Assembly (NCBI GenBank): GCA_020184695.1
Contig: JAANOX010000153.1
Location: 248,001 to 312,000 of the forward strand
Length of the DNA stretch: 64,000 nt
Direction: 5' to 3'
From: Histomonas meleagridis 2922-C6/04-290x
Lineage: Eukaryota > Protista > Parabasalia
Shown: positions 1 to 10,624 of the stretch, piece after piece
Numbering within the stretch: the stretch's first letter is position 1
Layout: every line of letters starts with the position of its first letter
Position numbers and translations under genes: made by a program
Notes under the pieces: generated by a model
The model's database searches: none
The model's input: the letters and a program-made list of their open reading frames with translations, nothing else
Told to the model about the DNA's origin: nothing

Positions 1-1137
1 AAAACAGGTACTGTTATTGGATCCCCTTTTTGGATGGCACCAGAAGTTATAACAGGTGTAGGGCACGACACAAAAGCAGATATATGGTCATTTGGAATTA
101 CTGCTCTTGAATTGTATTCTCGTTACCCACCTTTATTTGATATTGGTGTTCTTCCTGCAATGATGCAAATTCCTCGTAATGATCCACCTCAAGCACCACC
201 ACATTCATCCCATGCATTTAGAGAGTTCATTTCAAGGATAATGAAAAAAGATCCACAACTCCGTCCTACAGCATCCGAACTTCTTAATGATCCATTCATC
301 CATAACTCTGATGGGAGGTATGTTCAAATTGTCCAAGATCTTGTTCAATTATTCAAAGATCGGAACGCAAATCAAAAAGAACTGCACTTTTCGAATAAAG
401 TATTGGATCCTAATAAGGATAACTCAACACTTGCATCTGCTCAACGAGAAACGCTTGTTGTACGCACCACACAAGGATATATTCCACCTGTACATGTTTC
501 TTCATGTGATGATGATAATGGCCAATATGAAGAAGATGAGTATGAATACGAAGATGAAGATGAAAACGAAGAAGAAGAATACACAGGAACATTTGTTGTG
601 AATCAAGATCAATTAAAGACAATACTATATAATGATGGTACATTCATAGCAAATGATTCTGGAACTTTTGTTGAGAATCTTGGCACTTTTGTTGTAAACA
701 ACAGTTTCAATGAAACAGGAACTATGGTTATCGAAAACAATGAAGAAAACAAGAAAAATGGAAATGGACTTAGTGGATGGAAGTTGAATTTTGATGACGG
801 TAAAAGCAAAGATAATCAAAAACAGAAAAGGCATTTCCAAAATTTCAGAGATCAATATTTAATATATTTATTAAAGAACTTAAAAGAATTAGCATTAAAT
901 GAATTAAAAGAGGATAAAAATGAAGAATTAGTTAAAGCTAATTATGAAGAAGTAAGAACTGCAATTGTTGATGAATTAATAAAAAGAGGAAAGAAAATCA
1001 AAAATGATTTCGGAAGTTTGGATTCGCCTAATGAAGAATTGGAAATTAAAGAAGAAAAAGAAGAAAAGAAAGTGGAAATGAATGTCAAACAAAGAAAACA
1101 TGAAAAGGAACAGAAAAAGAATTGTCAAATATATTAG
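1..1137 (+). CDS. STE20/MST-like Ser/Thr kinase, 5'-partial (begins upstream of window), with acidic linker and SARAH-like C-terminal helix
   Basis: Frame is open from base 1: KTGTVIGSPFWMAPEV (activation loop), DTKADIWSFGITALEL, RPTASELL (subdomains VIII-XI). C-terminal FQNF..L..LL.NLK...E...Y..VR.AI..EL resembles the MST SARAH helix. Confidence 0.85.
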   Translation, partial: KTGTVIGSPFWMAPEVITGVGHDTKADIWSFGITALELYSRYPPLFDIGVLPAMMQIPRNDPPQAPPHSSHAFREFISRIMKKDPQLRPTASELLNDPFIHNSDGRYVQIVQDLVQLFKDRNANQKELHFSNKVLDPNKDNSTLASAQRETLVVRTTQGYIPPVHVSSCDDDNGQYEEDEYEYEDEDENEEEEYTGTFVVNQDQLKTILYNDGTFIANDSGTFVENLGTFVVNNSFNETGTMVIENNEENKKNGNGLSGWKLNFDDGKSKDNQKQKRHFQNFRDQYLIYLLKNLKELALNELKEDKNEELVKANYEEVRTAIVDELIKRGKKIKNDFGSLDSPNEELEIKEEKEEKKVEMNVKQRKHEKEQKKNCQIY

Positions 1138-1526
1138 TTGAATAATTATTCACTGTAAAAAGCCATGCCATTATCGTAATAATTATGTTTTGTATTAAAA
1201 TATCTCTCAATATATTATTTTTATTCCTATGAATATTTTAAGTGATATAACATATCCGTAAAAGGAAATAATTATATGTAAAAATGATTTATTACTAATA
1301 CTTTTAGAACAAACATGTATAACTTCTGTTTCGTATCTACAAATAAATTAATATTAGTTTGATATGCATAATAAATATATTTTTGCTTTCACTTCCTACA
1401 TGACAATATTTACACGACATTAAAAAATGTATTAAAAATGAATAAATAATATCACTTAATTATTGAAATTTTTATTTAACATTAAAAACAATGCATCTAT
1501 ATAACACAGATTTATTCGAATAAGAT

Positions 1527-2732
1527 TTATTGAAATTGTGGCAATTGTAAAATCTTCTGAATGAGTTCCATCACATAATACGTCTGCGTGTTGCAAGGTA
1601 TATTATAAAATGCCGGCACTTGCACAAACACGCAGCCGCCAATTATACCCTTTGATACTGCTCTTAATCCATGCGCGTAAAAGTAATTAAACAAAAACCT
1701 GTCCTGATCATGATATAGTCTAAAAGGACTTTGCATATTTCCAATAACATCACTTAAATTAATTGGATTCGATATCATTTCGCCGAATTCCATTTCCTCG
1801 AAAATCTTTTCTCCGATTGGAGATTCATTTAACGCATCCGGAACAAGAAAATTCGTTTCGTTAAACGCTTCGGAAACAATTTTAATGTGCCGAGTTGTTT
1901 CGGTTGATCCGATTTGGATTAAAAGAGCTTTTTTATTCATTCCAATAGTGCACATAAGTTCCTTCGCATCTTGGATGCATGAACGAACTGGAACAAGATA
2001 AACATCGCAGCCTCTGTGAAGAAGTTTATAATAAACGTTCTCAGAAAGTGGCTGTGATGTATAATCTTTTAAATTATCAGCAGTAAAACAGGAAATATAG
2101 ACAACATAGTTCTGTAGTGTTAAATTCCGATGCATTTTTTCTTTGCGTTTATGTGTTTTCCTTCGTTTTCGTTTAGGTGTTGAAGAATCATTTTCAGTAA
2201 TTACTGGGGGTTGTGAAGATTCTTCTGAAGTAGTTGATAAATTGAGTGTAATGGTTTGTATATCTTCCGAAATTTCTGGTGATTTGGGATTTGATGATTT
2301 TGGTGACGAAGAATTTGGAATAGATGGTGGTAATTCAACAAAGGGCTTACTGCCTTTTGGTGCCATGTGAAGGAGTATATGCAGGCTGCCGCCTTTTTTG
2401 ACTCCTTTATGAGGTGTCATTTGAATCCATAATTCGGATACTTTGCCAATAGTAAGTGCAGAAAGCAGAATTTTAGTCGAAGATATTCGATCTGAAGAAA
2501 CAAGATCTTTGTCTTTCATGTCAATGCAAAATTGTGCATCTTGTGGAACACCTATTAAATCAAAAACTATAAGTTCATTCCATACTGGATGAAGTGTTTT
2601 ATATATTATTTTTGTTTTTTGTTTATGTTTTTTATCATTTGAAAAATATGCTTTACAATATGGATCAGCTAAGCCATTAACATCCATTGAAGGAAGGTTT
2701 TTGGCCTCGATAAATTGGACAAAAAGATTCAT
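1527..2732 (-). CDS. C2-domain protein
   Basis: N-terminus FIEAKNLPSMDVNGLADPYCK...KTLHPVWNE...DKDLVSSD is a typical C2 domain; C-terminal region unassigned. Confidence 0.85.
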   Translation of the reverse strand: MNLFVQFIEAKNLPSMDVNGLADPYCKAYFSNDKKHKQKTKIIYKTLHPVWNELIVFDLIGVPQDAQFCIDMKDKDLVSSDRISSTKILLSALTIGKVSELWIQMTPHKGVKKGGSLHILLHMAPKGSKPFVELPPSIPNSSSPKSSNPKSPEISEDIQTITLNLSTTSEESSQPPVITENDSSTPKRKRRKTHKRKEKMHRNLTLQNYVVYISCFTADNLKDYTSQPLSENVYYKLLHRGCDVYLVPVRSCIQDAKELMCTIGMNKKALLIQIGSTETTRHIKIVSEAFNETNFLVPDALNESPIGEKIFEEMEFGEMISNPINLSDVIGNMQSPFRLYHDQDRFLFNYFYAHGLRAVSKGIIGGCVFVQVPAFYNIPCNTQTYYVMELIQKILQLPQFQ

Positions 2733-2855
2733 TTACTGGAAAATGTTTTGATGTTATTTAATTAAAATATGAGAAATAATATCGAGGGATCCGAAAAAAA
2801 CACCCGACGATAGTTATAATAGTATTAATTTAAGTCTACAAATTAAATAATGTAT

Positions 2856-2937
2856 GGCACGATGGCCGAGTGGTTAAGGCGTGGGATTTGAGTCCCCATG
2901 GGTTTATCCCTCATCAGTTCGAATCTGGTTCGTGTCG
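2856..2937 (+). tRNA. tRNA-Ser(UGA), type II with long variable arm
   Basis: Cloverleaf: acceptor GGCACGA/TCGTGTC, G73, D-arm GCC..GGC with TGG, anticodon loop TT-TGA-GT, variable arm GGG-TTTAT-CCC, T-arm ATCAG-TTCGAAT-CTGGT; followed by a T-run (Pol III terminator). Confidence 0.88.
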
Positions 2938-3062
2938 TTTTTTTTCTTTTTTTCATTTTCAATGAACTTAAGATAATTTTAAATTAATTTTAAAATTATG
3001 AATAATAAGTCTTACCAGTAAAAATTGATTCATTAAAAACAATTCTTTAAAATTTTGCAAAT

Positions 3063-3425
3063 TTGATATACCCATCTGCGAAAACGCAGAAATGTGGTAT
3101 CAATCTCACTTTCTATGAAATGCCAATTGTTTTCAAAATGAACGAACATGAACAACATATGCTTCAGTCGCTCCACAGACCAACGTGGTCAACAGGGTTT
3201 GAAATCCCGTCATTCCAGAAGAACGATAAGAAGAATTTAACTGCAACCGCCGAAAACTATAGAAAAAGTATCTTAGAGGAAGCAACAATGAAGAAATCAG
3301 ACTACGAACTATGGCACGTAGGAAAGGTAGATCCTAAACAGTTTATAAAGGAAAATGCCGATAGTATGTCTGCACATGAGGCTGCACTTCTTGCACGATT
3401 GCATGTCACAAATTCATCTTTTTAA
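3063..3425 (+). CDS. Hypothetical protein (true ATG probably at ~3119 or later)
   Basis: 120-codon ORF, GC-richer than flanks; no recognisable domain. Confidence 0.55.
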   Translation: MIYPSAKTQKCGINLTFYEMPIVFKMNEHEQHMLQSLHRPTWSTGFEIPSFQKNDKKNLTATAENYRKSILEEATMKKSDYELWHVGKVDPKQFIKENADSMSAHEAALLARLHVTNSSF

Positions 3426-3940
3426 AACGAAAATATTCTGAAGTTATTTGTGATTTTTAATTTCTCGGTGTATGAATATATGGAATGTTTAATGTTGTTT
3501 ATTGTTTTCATTCAAATTCTTTTGTTGCGAATTAACGTTCACTTTTCCATCTGTTTTTATGTAAAAAGTGACAAATAATGGCCCTTTGAGATTTTGAATA
3601 TTAGTACGATGATTTTTCATTCATTTGTCGTTGGGAATTAGCGAATTGTAGGAAATCTAGGGTAACTTAATATAAAAAGAATTTTCAATAACAGCAAACA
3701 AAAAAGGAAAATTATAATAATTTATGATGAAATCAGGAATAACAAGAAAAATTTCCGATTAAATAAGTTAATTTCTTTTAGATGATAAAATTTTTAACAA
3801 GCAGATAAGAAAAGCTTTGAAATTAAAATTTAATTATAAATATAATTTTATAAACTAGCTTACTGTAAAATATATTCATGTTCATCATAAATAAAAAATT
3901 TGGAAAAAAAATAATCAATGCGAAGAATATTTGATATATT

Positions 3941-4954
3941 TTAGCCAGCAAAAGATTTAACATAATTATCAATTTCCATAATTCCTTTTTGTTTTTCCTC
4001 TTCTGAAAGGAATGAAGAAATAAAACTATTTTTTGCTAATTGAATTATATGTTCTTTTGACAAATCCAATTCTTTTTGTGTTTCGATGAAGTTCTTATTT
4101 AAATATCCATCGAAGAATGCGGGATCATCCGAATTAATTGTAACCAAAAGACCATTTTCAAGGAATTTTTTAATTGGATGTTCTTTGAGATCATTAATAA
4201 CTTTAAGCCTTAAATTTGATAAAGGACACATTGTAAGAGGTATTTTTCTTTCTCTAAGCATGCTTACAACACTTTGATCATCTTGTGCACTGTTTCCGTG
4301 ATCAATTCTATCGGCATTGCACAATTCAATCGCTTGCTTGATGTAGTCCGATGGGCCTTCTTCACCTGCGTGGATTGTGATTTTGAAGCCTGACGCTTTA
4401 GCTTCTTGGAACATGTTAACAAAAAGCTTTGGTGGATAAGGTAATTCAGCATTTGCTAAACCAACTGCAACATAATAATCTTTGAATGGACATTTTAAAA
4501 GTTCATGAAGAACTTCAATGGTGGAAGACTCGGGTTGGTACCTTTGTTGACAAAGAATAAGACGTGATTTAATTCCAAGTTCTTTTTCACCATTTTTACA
4601 GGCATTAACAACTGCTTCTGTTGCTTCATCAAATGTCATATCTGGCTTGAAGCTCTGTGGTGTGAAATAGAGTTCACAGTATTTAACATTGTCAGAATGT
4701 GCTTTTTCAAGATAATCATATGTTATATCATAAAGATCTTGTGGCTTTTTAACAACTGAGGAACAGAGCTTGAGAATGTCTAGGAATTCTTGCAAACAAC
4801 TGAAATGATAGGCTTTTCTTAATTGTTCTGCTGATTCATATTGAATTTTGACGTGATTTCTTTCAGCAATTTTAAAAACAAGTTCGGGTTCGGTGTTGCC
4901 GCATATATGCATATGTAACTCACATTTTGGAATTCCTTTGATGAAATCTTCCAT
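3941..4954 (-). CDS. Adenosine/adenine deaminase (ADA-family amidohydrolase)
   Basis: Motifs CELHMHI, HAGEEG, RIDHG, CPLSN, TINSDDPAFF. First ATG at 4954 (ORF-track start 4990 is a TTG). Confidence 0.92.
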   Translation of the reverse strand: MEDFIKGIPKCELHMHICGNTEPELVFKIAERNHVKIQYESAEQLRKAYHFSCLQEFLDILKLCSSVVKKPQDLYDITYDYLEKAHSDNVKYCELYFTPQSFKPDMTFDEATEAVVNACKNGEKELGIKSRLILCQQRYQPESSTIEVLHELLKCPFKDYYVAVGLANAELPYPPKLFVNMFQEAKASGFKITIHAGEEGPSDYIKQAIELCNADRIDHGNSAQDDQSVVSMLRERKIPLTMCPLSNLRLKVINDLKEHPIKKFLENGLLVTINSDDPAFFDGYLNKNFIETQKELDLSKEHIIQLAKNSFISSFLSEEEKQKGIMEIDNYVKSFAG

Positions 4955-5019
4955 TGGATAGAATTTAACGGTCAAATCGGGTAGCCCCAAAACTTCTATC
5001 GTTCATTAAAGCTAATTTC

Positions 5020-5508
5020 ATGCAGTGTGATCTCCAAATCATTCTCCCAAATCAAAAGAAAGAAACACTTAGTGAGCTACACGAGCTGTGTGAAAAAGAT
5101 CCGAATTTTTCGCTTCGAGAACATATTAAGGGTGGAAAACTCGATATTAAATGGCCACATACCAAACCTCAGCCAACTGGCGACGTTAGAGCAAAATTAA
5201 TTCACAGGCGTATGCGTCTTCAGAATGCTCAAGCTCAAAGAGCTTTACCAAATGATTTACGAAGGGCTAAAGTAATGAACTTTGTATCAACAATTGTAAT
5301 TTTAATAATTACTGTTCCATTGGTTGCCTATTCAGTCTACAAAATTTCTCGTTGGCTTGGATATTCAAACAACAAATCTAAGCAAATTGGAATTATTGCT
5401 GGTCTTATTTCCTTTTTTGCCGAACTCGGACTTACAGTAATCCAGTTATACAAAGAAGAATTACGCTCTAAAATAAAGTCCCGGGCATTAAATGCTAAAA
5501 TAGATTAA
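5020..5508 (+). CDS. Two-TM membrane protein, Vma12/TMEM199-like V-ATPase assembly factor
   Basis: Helical N-terminal half, then two hydrophobic helices, the second ending in FFAEL; layout matches the Vma12 family by recognition only. Confidence 0.5.
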   Translation: MQCDLQIILPNQKKETLSELHELCEKDPNFSLREHIKGGKLDIKWPHTKPQPTGDVRAKLIHRRMRLQNAQAQRALPNDLRRAKVMNFVSTIVILIITVPLVAYSVYKISRWLGYSNNKSKQIGIIAGLISFFAELGLTVIQLYKEELRSKIKSRALNAKID

Positions 5509-5586
5509 ATTGTTATCCAATTTTATCTCAAGTTTTATTAATAAACAAATAAAAACATTTATAACGGATTTCATTTATTTATATTT

Positions 5587-7722
5587 TCATAAGAAACCAT
5601 TGCTTTCTTCATCAAAATCATGTTGAAATACATCTTCTTGAGTTCCAAAAGTTTCTGTTGCAGTAAACAAAGGATTTTCTTGTGTCATTTCGCCAATATT
5701 TATCGAATTTCCTTCAGGAGATGTGTTCTTTTCGAAATCGTTTGAAAAAATTTCTCCTTCATCACTACAATATCGTTTCCTTAAATAATTATAACCAAAT
5801 ATTAAAGCAATTGTTAAGTTACCAAGAACAACTAATGCTATTACTGTATATCGTATGAAGTTACGTTTTATAATAATGTTAGGAACATGACATTCATTAC
5901 AATCCCATTCCCCATTATACTCATCATTTTGTGCCTTTAAGAAAACTTTTTTATTCCCATAGATACAATTTTTTGGACCAAATTTTATTTTTGCTGTGGA
6001 TTCGACTAAAATATGATAATTATTTTTACGATAAAAATTAAAACAACACTCCTGAAAATATAAATCAACTTCTTCTGAATCTATAAAGCGTAATGTATTT
6101 GGAACAAAATGTTTTTTTTGAGAAAAAGAACATTTAAAAAATTCTGCCTTTTTTGCTTTAGATATTAAAATTGGTGTATCTAGAAAATATGAATTTGATA
6201 TTTTTATATTAGAAAATGGGAATAATAAAACATTTTCATCATTCGAATAACATGAATTAAAATTTGATTTTTCCACTACAAAGAACGAATTGGTTATAAT
6301 TTCTCCTTTTGTTCCAGTGAAAACAAAGCTTTTTGAAAAAGAAGAATTCTTTATCAAAAATTCAAAAGAATTTCCATCTTGTTTTATTTGTTTATCGAGT
6401 GCTATCTCAAATTTACAATTAAATTGTGAATTTCCAATCATATACTTTGCATTTAATTTCGGTATAGATATTTTGAAATTTCCATCAAAAAGACTCATAT
6501 TTTTAGCAAAAAAAGAGGAAGAGCTAAAAATTAATGAATTTTTATCTGAATATGAAGAAATGTTTTCTAATTCTACATGTTGAGCCTCAATATTCAAATT
6601 AAAAATATTGATTTGGTTATTTACAAAAATGAATTTATTACAATTTATATTTTCAATTTCTAAAGATATTTGTTGAAATGAATTATTTCTAATGGTAATA
6701 TCAAATCCATCCGATTTAATGTAATGAATATCCCCTTGTTCAAATCCATAACAAGTGCAATTTTCAATTATTAATGATTTTATTTGGCAAGACATTAAAG
6801 ATCTACCAATAATCTCAAATTTATCTAATTGAGTTTCAATAAGTGAAAATTTCTTACATATATAAACATCAAAAATTGCAAATGAATTAAAAAAACATTT
6901 TTGAAAATTGATATCTTCAATAGACACATCTTGTAAAATTCTGAAGATATTCATGGAGCAATCTCTAAAATCACAATTTAAGAAATTTAAAATGGTATTA
7001 GATATTTTTGATAGGCCGAAAATACTATTTGTTGAAATATCTTTCAAAGAGATTTGATTGAAACAAATTTTTGCAGAAATCTCTTCGAAATTAAAAATAT
7101 CATGAACATTACACCAAAAATTTTCAAATGTTATTTTAGAAAATTCTAATTCACCAGTTTTTTTTAGATGAAATATATTGTTCTTACTTTTTCCTTTCGG
7201 ACATGAAAATTTTAAATTACTTAAAATTATTTTTTCATTGTTATAATTCCCTTCTATTGATATAACAGCAAAGCTTTCATATGAATTATCAATGAAAATG
7301 CAATTGTCAATAATACCTGCATAATTTTTTAAATAAAGAAAACAACCATTATCTCCTGGTTCATTTCCATCAAATGTACATCCGATGAAATTTACATTCG
7401 AATCAATGGAGTTAACAATAATTCCATTTTTCGTTCCCTTATTATTAATAAATTTTGTGTTTTTTATTTTTACTGATTTAACATTACCCAAATTTATGCA
7501 GCCCTCAATTCCTTGATTTTCTTTAAAAATACAGTCCTCTATTTCAAGATTGATAGGATTTTGAATATCTATTATAACTCCTGTTGTGTAATCAGTGAAT
7601 TTGCAATTAATAATTTTTATGTCTCCTTCTCCTGGCTTAAATCTATTCTTTTCATTGAATTCGATTCCTTTAAATTCTTCTTCGTTGGTATAAGTAATAA
7701 ATAAAAGAATGTATCCTATCAT
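5587..7722 (-). CDS. Single-pass surface protein with parallel beta-helix (Pmp-like) ectodomain
   Basis: Signal-like N-terminus, repeated (I/F)xxCxFxxN motifs, TM helix YTVIALVVLGNLTIALIFGY, cytosolic tail with ENPLF and acidic DFDEE motifs typical of trichomonad surface proteins. Confidence 0.75.
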   Translation of the reverse strand: MIGYILLFITYTNEEEFKGIEFNEKNRFKPGEGDIKIINCKFTDYTTGVIIDIQNPINLEIEDCIFKENQGIEGCINLGNVKSVKIKNTKFINNKGTKNGIIVNSIDSNVNFIGCTFDGNEPGDNGCFLYLKNYAGIIDNCIFIDNSYESFAVISIEGNYNNEKIILSNLKFSCPKGKSKNNIFHLKKTGELEFSKITFENFWCNVHDIFNFEEISAKICFNQISLKDISTNSIFGLSKISNTILNFLNCDFRDCSMNIFRILQDVSIEDINFQKCFFNSFAIFDVYICKKFSLIETQLDKFEIIGRSLMSCQIKSLIIENCTCYGFEQGDIHYIKSDGFDITIRNNSFQQISLEIENINCNKFIFVNNQINIFNLNIEAQHVELENISSYSDKNSLIFSSSSFFAKNMSLFDGNFKISIPKLNAKYMIGNSQFNCKFEIALDKQIKQDGNSFEFLIKNSSFSKSFVFTGTKGEIITNSFFVVEKSNFNSCYSNDENVLLFPFSNIKISNSYFLDTPILISKAKKAEFFKCSFSQKKHFVPNTLRFIDSEEVDLYFQECCFNFYRKNNYHILVESTAKIKFGPKNCIYGNKKVFLKAQNDEYNGEWDCNECHVPNIIIKRNFIRYTVIALVVLGNLTIALIFGYNYLRKRYCSDEGEIFSNDFEKNTSPEGNSINIGEMTQENPLFTATETFGTQEDVFQHDFDEESNGFL

Positions 7723-8265
7723 TTTGAAAATTCTCTAAAGTTTTACTTGACTCTATAATCGAGAAGATTTAAAATTGAGTTAAATCGTTTTAGCGAAAAG
7801 AAAAGGTTAATTTATTTCAAAATTAGAATGCTTTAAAAGAATACTATGGAACACATATAGGCTTAAAATACTGTAACTATTTATATTTGAATTGAAAACT
7901 TGGAAATTGCTGAATAAAACCTTTTGGTAATCTTATAAAAAACAACAAAATTCAAACTGAAGACAAATTTTAAAATTCGATTAGTCCAACGTAACCACAA
8001 TATGTTTTAAAATATGATTCTATTTTCTACTATACTAATATATCAACATTATGAACATTGTTAATTTTGATTGAAAGATTAATATCGAAATGACATCAAC
8101 TTATTAATTTCTTAATAAATTCTTCAAAATAATAGTTATTATTTGGGACTCGCAAATTCTTAAAATTCTTGCTTGTATGCATAAAATTTAAAAAAAAGTT
8201 TGTTATCATAATATACGGTTTTTCTCAAAAAGTTGGGATTTTCAATTGGAATCCGTTACCAGCAA

Positions 8266-9021
8266 ATGGAAATTACAGAAGAACAGGAAAAGGAAAACCT
8301 TAGACTTTTCAGACTTGCAGAAGCAGGCGACCCAAAGGCGCAATTTCTATATGCAGTTCTTCTTGACACAGGTGATAGTGTTCCACGCGATCCCCAAAAA
8401 GCTTTTGAATATTATCAAAGATCAGCCAAACAGAATTACCCAGAAGCAGTCTACAACCTTGGAATTTGTTATCAAGTTTCTAATGGTGTTGAAAAAGATG
8501 TACAGAAAGCCGTTTCTTTGTTTAAAAAAGCAGCAGATCTTGGACATATTAAAGCACAAACGACGTATGCAACATGTTGTCTTAATGGTGTTGGTGTCAG
8601 TCCTGACGTTGGTGAAGCCATAAAATACTATAAGAAGGCTGCAGCTCAAGGAGACGCCGAAGCCCAAATTAATCTTGGTTATCTTTTCCAGAACGGTAAC
8701 GGCGTTCCTCACAATGAAAAAGAAGCAGCAGGATACTTCAAAATGGCTGCTGACCAGTATAATCTCGAAGGACAATTTGCATATGCGCTTTGTTGCTTAA
8801 ATGGAACAGGAGTCGAAAAAAACATAGAAGATTACGCAAAATATATGCGTCTGTCTGCTGAACAAGGAAATGTTGAGGCTATGTACAGATATGGTGAATG
8901 CCTTGAAAATGGAATCGGGACTTATAAAAGTGTTAAAGAGGCAATCCAGTTTTATGATATGGCGGGAAATAGAGGTCACCAGAAAGGAAAAGAGGCATAT
9001 CTCCGGTTGTCATCTCAATAA
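8266..9021 (+). CDS. Sel1-like repeat protein
   Basis: About six repeats of A.Y.LG..Y..G.GV.KD...A..Y...AA.QG; first ATG at 8266. Confidence 0.92.
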   Translation: MEITEEQEKENLRLFRLAEAGDPKAQFLYAVLLDTGDSVPRDPQKAFEYYQRSAKQNYPEAVYNLGICYQVSNGVEKDVQKAVSLFKKAADLGHIKAQTTYATCCLNGVGVSPDVGEAIKYYKKAAAQGDAEAQINLGYLFQNGNGVPHNEKEAAGYFKMAADQYNLEGQFAYALCCLNGTGVEKNIEDYAKYMRLSAEQGNVEAMYRYGECLENGIGTYKSVKEAIQFYDMAGNRGHQKGKEAYLRLSSQ

Positions 9022-9377
9022 ATTTTTTTGACTCGATCTAATTTTTTTCTGTTTTAAACTAAAAGCTTGGTGAATGGATGAATGTAAGTAATAGAATAGA
9101 GTTAGAAAATTAAAATAATGAAAACTTTTCTTATTTCATCGTTCAAAATTTTGTAAGCCTTATATATCATATCAATTGCTTTTACATAGAGAAAGAGATT
9201 TATTGATCGAATAATTCGTTGGTCCAAAAGATAAATCAAGTTTTATAATTAAATCATAAATTATAATTAAATGTTATTATTTTCCATGCTCACAATAACT
9301 AAAATTATTCAAAGAAGCCTTAGAAAATAAGGCATTGTTATAATTTAAAAAATTGATATATGATAAATATTTTGTTT

Positions 9378-9836
9378 TTAGAGTTCAAACGGTTTTCCAG
9401 GTTCTGAAGCAATTGCATCTCGCTGATCTATGAGAGATTGGATCGGGTTAATCCTTGAACTTTCAACAAATTCTCCTGCTAATATTATTTCATCAAGCAG
9501 CATGTATGCATAATGGAAGCCAAATATTATATCAACTTCACGGACATTTCCGAAAAATGAATCAAGTGTTTCGACATAGAAATGAATAATATCAAGAATC
9601 ATTGATTCATTATCATTTACATCGACACACATCACAAAGAAAAGACTCGCGTACCTGTTGTAGACAAGCTTTCGATCTCTCCATTCAATAAAGGTACAGA
9701 AGTTTGTTGGGCGAGATAAAATTGAGTTTGTTACTTCGCGAATAATCTTATCTTTATCTTTTTTCGTTTGAGGTTCGTACCACTTTGTAAGACGAGTTTT
9801 CCCTTGCCTGTTGAAGATGAGAAAGAAATGGATCAT
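9378..9836 (-). CDS. Clathrin adaptor (AP) complex sigma subunit
   Basis: MIHFFLIFNRQGKTRLTKWY...LVYNRYASLFF...IHFYVETLDSFFGNVREVDIIF matches the AP sigma family; AP-1 vs AP-2 not resolved. Confidence 0.92.
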   Translation of the reverse strand: MIHFFLIFNRQGKTRLTKWYEPQTKKDKDKIIREVTNSILSRPTNFCTFIEWRDRKLVYNRYASLFFVMCVDVNDNESMILDIIHFYVETLDSFFGNVREVDIIFGFHYAYMLLDEIILAGEFVESSRINPIQSLIDQRDAIASEPGKPFEL

Positions 9837-10156
9837 TAAAAGTGTTTTACTTAAATTTCAATAGCTTTGTTCGATTAAGTTATGTGGCAAAAAAATTCAC
9901 AAGAAAATATCTCCGAAAAAAAATTTATTCTATAAATTAAAATCAAAAAACCCGTCATAAAATATATTGTTTTTCAATACATCAGAATATTAGAGTATTA
10001 AAAAAATTCATTTTCAAAATTTAACTTGGAAATGGATCGAATAATCCAAAAGAGTCTTTATTATTGAATGGGATTTTACAGTAGCTTGCTGACAAGTTGC
10101 ACTAAGAGTTTGTTATTTAAAAAAAAATAAAAATAAAAAAGATGGATTGCTTTAAT

Positions 10157-10615
10157 TTAAAATCCAAAGGCTTTAAGTAATTCTTGGAAATCAAGTTTGC
10201 CGTTTCCGTCGTTGTCGAGAACCTTGATATCTTCTTGCGCTTGCTCCAATGTCATTGGGAATCCTGTTAATTTTCCAAATTCAACCATTTCTGCAGCGTC
10301 TAATGAACCGTCGTGATCTACGTCAATTGCTTCGAAAATCATTTTGAAAAGATATGTTGGATCAATAGCTGATTTATTGCAAGCATCAATATATTCAAGG
10401 AATTCATCGAAACAAAGTTCACCATCCTGATTTTTATCGAAAAGCTTGAAGATTGCCTCAACAAAACGTGGATCAAGTTGGTTTGCTTGCATGAATTGAG
10501 AAATTTCTTGTTTAGAGAGATACCCATTTTTGTCACTATCAATTCCATTGAAGGAGAGCCTCAAAGCATCAAGTTGTTCTTGTGTAAATTGGTATTTTGG
10601 GATATCCTTTGACAT
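10157..10615 (-). CDS. Calmodulin-like four-EF-hand protein
   Basis: Four loops DSDKNGYLSKQE, DKNQDGELCFDE, DVDHDGSLDAAE, DNDGNGKLDFQE; ATG at 10615. Confidence 0.92.
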   Translation of the reverse strand: MSKDIPKYQFTQEQLDALRLSFNGIDSDKNGYLSKQEISQFMQANQLDPRFVEAIFKLFDKNQDGELCFDEFLEYIDACNKSAIDPTYLFKMIFEAIDVDHDGSLDAAEMVEFGKLTGFPMTLEQAQEDIKVLDNDGNGKLDFQELLKAFGF

Positions 10616-10619
10616 GAAA

Positions 10620-10624
10620 AGTGA
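10620..10624 (-). promoter_or_regulatory. Trichomonad initiator (Inr) TCACT
   Basis: Minus strand reads TCACT-TTTC-ATG just before the EF-hand gene start; matches the established TCA(+1)YW Inr. Confidence 0.6.
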
